From the NCBI GenBank assembly GCA_028687975.1, contig JAQTZD010000005.1, positions 2,905-66,904 of the forward strand: a DNA stretch of 64,000 bases, written 5' to 3'. The position numbers and the translations under genes were made by a program. Source of the stretch: Sediminibacterium sp. (lineage in GTDB: Bacteria; Bacteroidota; Bacteroidia; Chitinophagales; Chitinophagaceae). Below are positions 49,791 to 57,824 of this stretch, piece after piece (position 1 is the first letter of the stretch; each line of letters opens with the position of its first letter). The notes under the pieces were generated by a model. That model saw only the letters and a list, made by a program, of their open reading frames with translations. It made no database searches and was not told the origin of the DNA.

Positions 49791-51281
49791 ATGTCAAAAA
49801 ATCTGGACAAATACCTGCACAAGCACATGGACAAGGAAGCAGGCGTACAACACGTTTCTCACAGAACTAAAATTGTTGCAACAGTAGGACCTGCATGCGA
49901 CACTTACGATAAATTGCTGGAGCTGGTTAAAGCCGGTGTGAATGTATTTCGCCTGAACTTTTCTCATGGCTCACATGAAGATAAGCTGGCTATCATTCAA
50001 CACATCAGAAATATCAACAGTACACAGCCTTATAATATTGCCATCCTGGCCGATCTGCAGGGTCCTAAACTGCGTGTTGGGGAAATAGCGAACAATGCAC
50101 TGGAAGTAAAAGCAGGAGATATTCTTACGTTTACCAATGAAAAATGCGTAGGTACCCTGGAAAAAATATATGTATCCTATCCCAACCTCGCAGGCGATGT
50201 AACCATCGGAAACATCATCCTGATAGACGATGGCAAACTGGAAGTAAAGGTTTGCGGAATTGAGAAAAACGGAGATGTAAAAGTAGAGGTAACTTTAGGC
50301 GGTATACTTTCTTCCAAAAAGGGAATCAACCTGCCCGATACGAAAATATCTCTTCCTGCACTTACGGAGAAAGACCTGGCAGACCTCGAGTTCATCATTG
50401 AGCAACAGTGCGACTGGGTGGCTTTAAGTTTTGTCAGAAGCGTGAAAGACATTGTGATCCTGAGAAGCAAGCTGGATGAGAAACACAGCAAAACCAAGAT
50501 TATTGCAAAAATTGAGAAGCCCGAAGCGCTCTTGAATATCCGTGAAATTATTCTGGAAAGCGACGGTATTATGGTAGCCCGCGGAGACCTGGGTGTTGAA
50601 CTTCCGGTTGAACAAATTCCGCTGATTCAAAAAGAATTGATCCGCAAATGCATTCACCGTGCCAAGCCTGTGATCGTTGCAACCCAGATGATGGAAAGTA
50701 TGATGGAACGGGTGAAGCCCAACAGAAGTGAAATTACCGACGTAGCCAATGCCGTACTCGAAGGCGCCGATGCAGTGATGTTGAGCGGAGAAACCGCTGC
50801 AGGAAACTATCCAACCCTGGTTGTGGAGACCATGCGGAAGATCATTGCCGAAGTGGAGAAAAAAGAATACCGCTACAACCGTTCGGAGGATCTGAAACCT
50901 CAGCCACATTCTCCGTCTTTTCACAGTGATGCCATTTGCTACAATGCCTGCAAAATGTCCGAAGATGTGGAAGCAAGTGCATTGATCGGTATGACGCAAA
51001 GTGGCTATACTGCTTTCATGCTCAGCAGTTACAGACCATCCTCCCCTTTGTATATTTTCACCAAAGAAAGATCACTGGTGAATCAGCTCAGTCTAAGCTG
51101 GGGTGTGAGGGCATTCTATTACTCAGAGGAAGAAGGCCTGGACAACATTATTTCCGATCAAATTGATATTTTGAAAGAAAGAGGATTTGTAAAACCCGGA
51201 GATGTAGTGATCAATACAGGAAGTACACCTGTTTCCCTGCACCTTCCTACCAACCTCATCAAGCTGACCAAAGTGAGCTAA
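49791..51281 (+). CDS. pyk: Pyruvate kinase
   Basis: RTKIVATVGP, RLNFSHG, DLQGPKLR, IAKIEK, MVARGDLGVE, ATQMMESM, MLSGETA. Confidence 0.98.
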   Translation: MSKNLDKYLHKHMDKEAGVQHVSHRTKIVATVGPACDTYDKLLELVKAGVNVFRLNFSHGSHEDKLAIIQHIRNINSTQPYNIAILADLQGPKLRVGEIANNALEVKAGDILTFTNEKCVGTLEKIYVSYPNLAGDVTIGNIILIDDGKLEVKVCGIEKNGDVKVEVTLGGILSSKKGINLPDTKISLPALTEKDLADLEFIIEQQCDWVALSFVRSVKDIVILRSKLDEKHSKTKIIAKIEKPEALLNIREIILESDGIMVARGDLGVELPVEQIPLIQKELIRKCIHRAKPVIVATQMMESMMERVKPNRSEITDVANAVLEGADAVMLSGETAAGNYPTLVVETMRKIIAEVEKKEYRYNRSEDLKPQPHSPSFHSDAICYNACKMSEDVEASALIGMTQSGYTAFMLSSYRPSSPLYIFTKERSLVNQLSLSWGVRAFYYSEEEGLDNIISDQIDILKERGFVKPGDVVINTGSTPVSLHLPTNLIKLTKVS

Positions 51282-51301
51282 AATTCATACAGATTAGTTA
51301 T

Positions 51302-51333
51302 AAAAAAGATTCTCCGTTCGGGGAATCTTTTTT
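51302..51333 (+). terminator. Rho-independent terminator after pyk
   Basis: AAAAAAGATTCTCC gttc GGGGAATCTTTTTT. Confidence 0.85.
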
Positions 51334-51515
51334 AATTTCAGGCATCGCCAAAAGATAGTTGGCAGGGTTTAAAAAAACGGAATCAGGATACAGGCAGTTT
51401 ACCGGCCATACGCCTGATAAAATCAGAAACCTGCAATAAATGATGCGTTTTTTTGCGGTTTTTATCCGGATTTAGATCTTTTTTTCTAAAAACAAGCTTA
51501 ATTTAGCCCAACAAA

Positions 51516-53426
51516 ATGAAAGTACAGATGGTAGATTCATTCGAAAAAATTGATGTCAGGATTTGTAAAAATGCCAAGGAAGGGGCTTTATGGGTGGCCG
51601 GCCAAATTGCCGACCTGATCAGAGAGAAACAGGCTAAAGGAGAAAAATGTGTGCTGGGTCTTGCTACCGGTTCCACTCCCATTGCCATGTATGCCGAACT
51701 GGTGAGAATGCATAAAGCCGGGAAACTCAGTTTTAAGAATGTAATCAGCTTTAACCTCGATGAATATTATCCGATAGACAAGGATGCTTATCAGAGTTAC
51801 TGGAGTTTCATGCACCGCCATCTGTTCAACCATGTAGATATTGATCCTGCCAATATTCACCTCCCTAACGGTAATGCGCCCAAAGAAGAGATGCGGAATT
51901 TTTGCACCGCATATGAACAGGCCATTACCGATGCCGGCGGGTTGGATTTACAAATCCTTGGCATCGGCCAGAACGGTCACATCGGTTTTAATGAACCCGG
52001 TTCCAGCATTCTGTCCAAAACAAGGTTGGTGAACCTCGATAACAGCACCCGGATTGCCAATTCCTATGAATTTCCAAGCATTTCCAAAGTGCCCAGACTG
52101 GCCGTAACCATGGGCATCAGCACCATCCTGCAGTCTAAGAGAATTCTGCTGATGGCCTGGGGAAACAAAGCAGGCATCGTAGCCAAATCGGTGGAAGGCA
52201 ATGTTACAGAAAGCATTCCTGCCAGCATTTTACAGCAGCACGGCAACTGCACATTTGTCATTGATGAATCAGCTTCTACAGAACTGACCCGCATCAAATC
52301 TCCCTGGTTAACCGGAGAATGTACCTGGAGCAATGCCATGGTAAAACGTGCAGTAGTTAATCTGGCCCTTAAACTGAATAAATCTGTCCTCAGCCTTACA
52401 GAACTGGACTACACCGAAAATGGATTATCCGACCTGTTGGTAGAAAAAGGGGATGCATACGAAATCAACCTGCAGGTATTCTATATGCTGCGCGACAGCA
52501 TTACCGGCTGGCCTGCGGGCAAGCCCAATGCAGTCATTCCTGCACACCCTGAACGCAGTGCCCCTTATCCTAAAAAGTGTTTGATTTTTTCTCCGCATCC
52601 GGACGACGATATCATCAGCATGGGTGGAACTTTCATGCGACTCCACGACCAGGGAAATGAAGTACATGTGGCCTATCAGACCAGCGGTAATATTGCCGTG
52701 TCTGATGAGTTTGTAACCCGTTTTATCGATTTTGCGGTAGGATTTGAAGAAATGTTTGGCATAGACAACAGCAAGAGCCGCGAACAACTGGAGTCTGCCC
52801 GCGCATTTATTGCCACCAAACAGAAAGACCAGTCCGATACAAAAGAAATACGCGCAATCAAAGGACTGATCCGAAGAGGTGAAGCAAAAGCCACCTGCAG
52901 ATATGTAGGTCTGACCGAAGACCGTTGTCATTTTATGAACCTGCCCTTCTATGAAACCGGTGCAGTAGAAAAGAAACCGCTGGGAGAAGATGATATTCAA
53001 ATCACCATGGAACTGCTTCGCAAAATTCAACCACATCAGGTGTATTGCGCAGGAGATTTGGCTGATCCGCATGGCACGCATAAAGTTTGCCTCGAAGCTG
53101 TATTTGAAGCTTTGAGAAGGCTCAAAGCAGCCGGAGATCCGTGGGTAAAAGATTGTTGGGTTTGGTTGTACAAGGGTGCATGGCAGGAATGGGATATTGC
53201 GGAAATTGAAATGGCGATCCCAATGAGCCCCGATCAGGTGAAAAAGAAACGATTCGGTATTTTCATTCACCAATCGCAGAAAGATGCTGTTCCGTTCCAG
53301 GGAGCAGACAGCCGCGAGTTCTGGCAGCGCGCAGAGGAAAGAAATGCAAACACGGCCGATCTGTATGCAGCACTTGGTTTAACCAAATATGCTGCCATGG
53401 AAGCATTTGTTCGCTGGCACTACTAA
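51516..53426 (+). CDS. nagB: Glucosamine-6-phosphate deaminase with C-terminal PIG-L/LmbE-like domain
   Basis: LGLATGSTP, FNLDEYY, GIGQNGHIGFNEP; C-domain FSPHPDDDIISMGG and DPHGTH. Confidence 0.93.
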   Translation: MKVQMVDSFEKIDVRICKNAKEGALWVAGQIADLIREKQAKGEKCVLGLATGSTPIAMYAELVRMHKAGKLSFKNVISFNLDEYYPIDKDAYQSYWSFMHRHLFNHVDIDPANIHLPNGNAPKEEMRNFCTAYEQAITDAGGLDLQILGIGQNGHIGFNEPGSSILSKTRLVNLDNSTRIANSYEFPSISKVPRLAVTMGISTILQSKRILLMAWGNKAGIVAKSVEGNVTESIPASILQQHGNCTFVIDESASTELTRIKSPWLTGECTWSNAMVKRAVVNLALKLNKSVLSLTELDYTENGLSDLLVEKGDAYEINLQVFYMLRDSITGWPAGKPNAVIPAHPERSAPYPKKCLIFSPHPDDDIISMGGTFMRLHDQGNEVHVAYQTSGNIAVSDEFVTRFIDFAVGFEEMFGIDNSKSREQLESARAFIATKQKDQSDTKEIRAIKGLIRRGEAKATCRYVGLTEDRCHFMNLPFYETGAVEKKPLGEDDIQITMELLRKIQPHQVYCAGDLADPHGTHKVCLEAVFEALRRLKAAGDPWVKDCWVWLYKGAWQEWDIAEIEMAIPMSPDQVKKKRFGIFIHQSQKDAVPFQGADSREFWQRAEERNANTADLYAALGLTKYAAMEAFVRWHY

Positions 53427-53456
53427 ATTCAGCTTGATCAAAATAAGCTAGTTTTG

Positions 53457-53489
53457 CAGCGTAGCAGTTTCAATGAAACAGCTACGCTG
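53457..53489. other. Strong hairpin downstream of nagB (terminator or 5' stem-loop)
   Basis: CAGCGTAGC-a-GTTTCA a TGAAAC-a-GCTACGCTG. Confidence 0.55.
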
Positions 53490-53494
53490 TATTC

Positions 53495-53767
53495 ATGTAT
53501 ATGTACCTTCAGCGCCTCTTCATCAGCAGATTTCTGTTGCCGGTGCTTTTAACAGGCGCCTGTAATACGGTGTTTTCTCAATCCAGCTTCGACGGACATT
53601 TGTTGATTGCAGACAGCATGCCGCACAAGACCACACCCGGGTTTAAAAAACAGGCCGGAGAAATACTGGGATTTCTGCTGAACCCGATGAACGGTACCAT
53701 AGTGCTGGCAGCTGTCAGGGAATATCCTTTTTCCAGAATTGCAACCAGATATACCATCCAGCTTTAA
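53495..53767 (+). CDS. Hypothetical protein with signal-peptide-like N-terminus (doubtful)
   Basis: Fills the nagB-lpxR gap; TAGTTTTG at 53449-53456; no family recognised. Confidence 0.3.
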   Translation: MYMYLQRLFISRFLLPVLLTGACNTVFSQSSFDGHLLIADSMPHKTTPGFKKQAGEILGFLLNPMNGTIVLAAVREYPFSRIATRYTIQL

Positions 53768-53770
53768 TGC

Positions 53771-54781
53771 CTATAACCCATAGTATAAAGTAATATTACC
53801 CACCTGTTGCGCATAAGTACCTTTGAACTCTGCCGTGCGCAATTTTTCTGAGAAACTGAATGCAAATCGTTTATGCGACACCATGAAACCATATTCGTAT
53901 TGCATCACAAATCGGCTGATACTGTCTTTGCTGATTACATAGGGTGAAGAACGGTGACTAAAGAACCCTCCCTGTAAAGTAGCATCATCCATCACAGCCG
54001 TTCCATTCAGCTTCATAAACAGATAAAACTGAAAAGGCTTTCTGTTGCCATTACCTGCCTTACGGGGATTGTAAGCAGGACGCTCATATTGACTGAAATA
54101 AGGGTTGAATATTCCGGCACGAAACTGCATACCTAATCCGATATTGTTCACCAGTGTACCGGCATTGGCGGCAATATTTCCAATCACTTCCAGATTAGGC
54201 GTAGGATTGAACAGCAGGTGCTCATACAAAATACCGTAATTGATAATGATGTCTGTTTTAATCTGGTTCTCCCAGCCCATTGGCTTCTGGTAATTGATTA
54301 ACCCGTGAATAATGCGTTGTGCATCTCCGGCAAATGAATACTTGCCAATAATACCCAGGCTGAGCCCCGTAGTCAGTTTCTGCTTTTTTTCCATGCTGGT
54401 AGAAACCTGTGTATGTGTTGCATAAGTGATGCCGCAATAAGGCCGCTCTCCATACTGAATGGTGGTTTTATCTATTTCATTGGGCGTATACATATTCTGG
54501 GAAATACCCCAGCCATAGAGATTATCTGCTGTACCGGTCACTTTCATCAACAGATTAGACGGAAAGCGGGGAGCCTTGCCTTTGGAAAAATACATTTCGA
54601 ATTTAAATCCGCTGGTATACGCCCGGTCGGTCCCTTCTCCCCTGAAGTTGAGAAAATCATCATCCTCCGAAAGTTTCATGTATTGCAGTACGTTGTTTTT
54701 CTGTGCTGAACCGGTAGTATAAAACAACAGAGAACCAATTGCTACAAGCACAAACTTCCAGGATGTCAAAAACAGTTTCAT
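53771..54781 (-). CDS. LpxR family lipid A 3'-O-deacylase-like outer-membrane beta-barrel
   Basis: Signal peptide; EDDD...DRAYTSG, Q--YTP, ERPYCG, Q---H----Y-KP-GW-NQ motifs. Confidence 0.8.
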   Translation of the reverse strand: MKLFLTSWKFVLVAIGSLLFYTTGSAQKNNVLQYMKLSEDDDFLNFRGEGTDRAYTSGFKFEMYFSKGKAPRFPSNLLMKVTGTADNLYGWGISQNMYTPNEIDKTTIQYGERPYCGITYATHTQVSTSMEKKQKLTTGLSLGIIGKYSFAGDAQRIIHGLINYQKPMGWENQIKTDIIINYGILYEHLLFNPTPNLEVIGNIAANAGTLVNNIGLGMQFRAGIFNPYFSQYERPAYNPRKAGNGNRKPFQFYLFMKLNGTAVMDDATLQGGFFSHRSSPYVISKDSISRFVMQYEYGFMVSHKRFAFSFSEKLRTAEFKGTYAQQVGNITLYYGL

Positions 54782-54853
54782 ATTATCGGATTTTTGAGTG
54801 CTTTTCCGCTCTGTTCCTACTATAAATTTACCGTTTTACTGTAACATTGCAGC

Positions 54854-55486
54854 ATGGGAATGACGATTGGAGCAACCTGGAGCGGGTATTGGAGCAACAA
54901 GTCCTTCAGGGTGAAATTTATTACAGGAATTGTACTGCTGGCAATGCTGACCCCCTTGTTTCCCGTATTCTTTGAATACATCGAAAAACGGGAAGGGTAT
55001 CAGTTAAACGACTACCTGCTGAGCAGGCTGGAGCCAATGAATGTATCTGTACTCACTTTCCTGATCATCTGGGGGATGATTGCCTTCACACTCTACCGTT
55101 GCATGAAAGATCCGGATATGTTACTCTTGCTCATCTGGTCGTATGTGTTGCTTTGTTTTGGCCGCATTCTGAGTATTTATCTGGTTCCGCTGAACCCGCC
55201 AAAAGGCCTGATTGAACTGAAAGACCCGCTCAGTGGCATCTTTTACGGCAGCCAGATGGTCACCAAAGACCTGTTTTTTTCGGGTCATACTGCTACCTTG
55301 TTCACCATGTTTCTTTGCTTAAAAAACAAAACCGACAAGATCATTTTGCTGCTGTCTTCTTTTGTAATCGGTATCCTGGTACTGGTTCAACATGTTCATT
55401 ATACCCTCGATGTAGCTGCAGCCTTTCTTTTCTCCTATCTGTTTTACAGGATGGCCAAGCGATTATTGCAGTTCGATTTTAGCTAA
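54854..55486 (+). CDS. Sphingomyelin-synthase-like PAP2 (PAP2_C) membrane phosphotransferase
   Basis: Multi-TM; KDLFFSGHT and HVHYTLDV match the SMS D3 (D--FSGHT) and D4 (HYT-DV) motifs. Confidence 0.78.
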   Translation: MGMTIGATWSGYWSNKSFRVKFITGIVLLAMLTPLFPVFFEYIEKREGYQLNDYLLSRLEPMNVSVLTFLIIWGMIAFTLYRCMKDPDMLLLLIWSYVLLCFGRILSIYLVPLNPPKGLIELKDPLSGIFYGSQMVTKDLFFSGHTATLFTMFLCLKNKTDKIILLLSSFVIGILVLVQHVHYTLDVAAAFLFSYLFYRMAKRLLQFDFS

Positions 55487-56426
55487 CGGCAGCAACAATC
55501 CGGTCCATAAAATTTTGTATGAGTCTGCTTTTGTTCAAGAGCCGGTTGAACAAAAATATACCTGTGATGGCACATACGATACCCGCAATTACATCCAGTA
55601 CATAATGGTGACTGGTATATACTGCTGCAAACCAGATACCAACCATAACGGCGGTGAAAAACAGGTTCATCCAGCCGGAGCGGCTTTTGATTCCATAGTA
55701 CAATACAATCAGCGGATAGGATGAATGGAGCGATGGCATGGCTGCAAATACATTGGAGCTTTTTTCGTACAGTCCGCGGAAAATATTTACTCCAAAAAAG
55801 GTGTCAAATCTTACCAGCCCTGCTGTATTTCCTTTTGTACCGGGGATAAAATCAAATCCATATTGTTGTATGTACCAGGGTGGCGCTGCGGGATAAATAT
55901 AGTAGAGGCAGAACCCCAGGAGGTTGACCAGCAGGAACGTAAGCGAAAAACGAAAAAACATTCTGCGGTCTTTAAAAAAAAGGAAGGCGCCAAACATCAG
56001 CGGCACAGGTATCCAGCTCAGGTAAAAAAAACCGCTGAGTACATCCAGGAATGTATTGTGGTGCCTGAGCCAGTATTCATTGGGGGTAATCAGGGTACCA
56101 TTTTCAGTGAGTCCGAAAAAGGCTTTCTCCTTGAGGTAAAGACTGCGGATGTGTACATCATTGTACAAATAGTTCGGAAAGGCCTTCATGTAATCGAAAA
56201 TGATCCAGAATACAATGAAAACAGAAAAGCCCAGGATAAACTTTCGGGTAACTGCCGACAAAAAGTAACAACCCGAAAACAAAGCCACCAGCAACAATTG
56301 TTCCTGCTTGTAACCAATCAGAAAATAAGACAATGCCAGGTAGGCGATACTGAGGAATGCCACCAGCAGAATATCTTTCCGGCTAAGGGTTTCATTTTGG
56401 TTCAACGAATCAGGCAGCATATTCAT
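55479..56426 (-). CDS. Inositol phosphorylceramide synthase-like (AUR1/PAP2_3; BT_1522-like)
   Basis: YPAAPPWY, AAMPSLHS, HHYVLDVIAG catalytic motifs; located in the MIPS operon. Confidence 0.88.
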   Translation of the reverse strand: MNMLPDSLNQNETLSRKDILLVAFLSIAYLALSYFLIGYKQEQLLLVALFSGCYFLSAVTRKFILGFSVFIVFWIIFDYMKAFPNYLYNDVHIRSLYLKEKAFFGLTENGTLITPNEYWLRHHNTFLDVLSGFFYLSWIPVPLMFGAFLFFKDRRMFFRFSLTFLLVNLLGFCLYYIYPAAPPWYIQQYGFDFIPGTKGNTAGLVRFDTFFGVNIFRGLYEKSSNVFAAMPSLHSSYPLIVLYYGIKSRSGWMNLFFTAVMVGIWFAAVYTSHHYVLDVIAGIVCAITGIFLFNRLLNKSRLIQNFMDRIVAAVS

Positions 56427-56440
56427 CTGTGATTTTCGGG

Positions 56441-57082
56441 TCAGGGCTTGAATCTTTCGATAATGGGTTTGCCGGTTGCTACATCCGTACCACGCAATTC
56501 AATGTAAACTACATTGGGTTTAAACAAGGTACCTCCCGGATCTATTCTGATGAATACTCTGTTCAACGCAGCATTCCGGCGGTTAATCAGTGTGTACATC
56601 CGATAGCTGTTATCCGTTGGTGATTTGCGTAGGTAAAGGTCTTTTTTCTTGTAGGCTACCAGGTGAATGGTGTAGCTGTTGTCCTTGTTTTTTTCCGACA
56701 TGGTTCCATAGGCAAAAGCCTTTTGAATAAAGTTCAGCTCTTTGTGCATACCACCTTCGGGATAACGAATCCAGAATACTTTTACGGGAGTAGACTCATC
56801 CAGTTTTCCCGCAGCATTTACATTCAGCGTATAAATCACTGTATTGGTATTGGTGGTACGCTGTAAATAAAATAACTGGTTTCTGATATTGGCAGGAACC
56901 GGAAAAGTATCCTGCGGCTCCAGGATTTCCTTATCAGTTGATAAGCCGGAAAACTTACCCCTTCCTGCGTAAGTTGAATTCACCAAAAGAAGGGTTGTAA
57001 CAAAGGCTGTCATGATCCTCACAATACGGGCTGTTTTACCCGCTCTGCACACAAATAATTGATTCATTTTAAATAAAAACAT
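56441..57082 (-). CDS. DUF4833 domain exported protein
   Basis: LFYLQRTTNTNTVIY, VFWIRY, ELNFIQKAFAYG, V-YIEL-G-D; alternative starts at 57067 and further downstream. Confidence 0.8.
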   Translation of the reverse strand: MFLFKMNQLFVCRAGKTARIVRIMTAFVTTLLLVNSTYAGRGKFSGLSTDKEILEPQDTFPVPANIRNQLFYLQRTTNTNTVIYTLNVNAAGKLDESTPVKVFWIRYPEGGMHKELNFIQKAFAYGTMSEKNKDNSYTIHLVAYKKKDLYLRKSPTDNSYRMYTLINRRNAALNRVFIRIDPGGTLFKPNVVYIELRGTDVATGKPIIERFKP

Positions 57083-57813
57083 TAAAGGCTTTTCTGCCGG
57101 TCTTTCAAATCCAGTGCTGCTTTGGCATCCAGTAATCTTCGGAATGCCGTATAATTGGTCAGTAAAGCAAGCAGCATGATCGGAATAGTGAATATGGATA
57201 TGGTTTCAAAAATTTGTATTTGGGTTCCGGGCAGGAATACTTTATAATCTCCGCCAATAAAGTAAGCGGCAATACCACAGGCAATGGCTGAAATACCTAT
57301 CGTGATTACCCGCTCCGGTCTTTGCATCAGTCCTTCTTTACATTCCACACCCAGGCCCTCTGCCCTTGCCCGGGTATAACTTACCATCATGGAACCAATC
57401 AGGGCAATGAAGGCAAACAGGGAGCTGTAGAAATAATGATGGGCAATCAGGTAATAGCAAATGCCCAAAAACAGGATCAGTTCACTGTAGCGATCCAGCA
57501 CGGAATCGAACAATGCCCCGAAGGAAGAACTCATTTTTCCCAACCGGGCCACCTGACCATCCAGCATATCAAAAACACCGGCAAAAAGTACCATGGCACC
57601 GGCCCATCCAATATAGCTGAGTTCTCCCCGATGCCCTTTTTCGGCCCCTTCTATGAATATAGCAGTTACTGCTATATTGAGCAGTAGCCCGATCACTGTA
57701 ACTGCATTGGGTGTTAGCCCGATCTTAATCAGGAATTTCACAGCAGGATTGATCACAGCGTAAATGGCCTGCTGCGCTCTGTCTCTGAATTTTATTTGCC
57801 TTTGCTCTGTCAT
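57082..57813 (-). CDS. CDP-alcohol phosphatidyltransferase (phosphatidylinositol-phosphate synthase, BT_1523-like)
   Basis: DMLDGQVARLGKMSSSFGALFDSVLDRYSE matches DG-x2-AR-x8-G-x3-D-x3-D; SYTRARAEGLG, RPER. Confidence 0.92.
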   Translation of the reverse strand: MTEQRQIKFRDRAQQAIYAVINPAVKFLIKIGLTPNAVTVIGLLLNIAVTAIFIEGAEKGHRGELSYIGWAGAMVLFAGVFDMLDGQVARLGKMSSSFGALFDSVLDRYSELILFLGICYYLIAHHYFYSSLFAFIALIGSMMVSYTRARAEGLGVECKEGLMQRPERVITIGISAIACGIAAYFIGGDYKVFLPGTQIQIFETISIFTIPIMLLALLTNYTAFRRLLDAKAALDLKDRQKSL

Positions 57814-57824
57814 ACATTCCTTCG

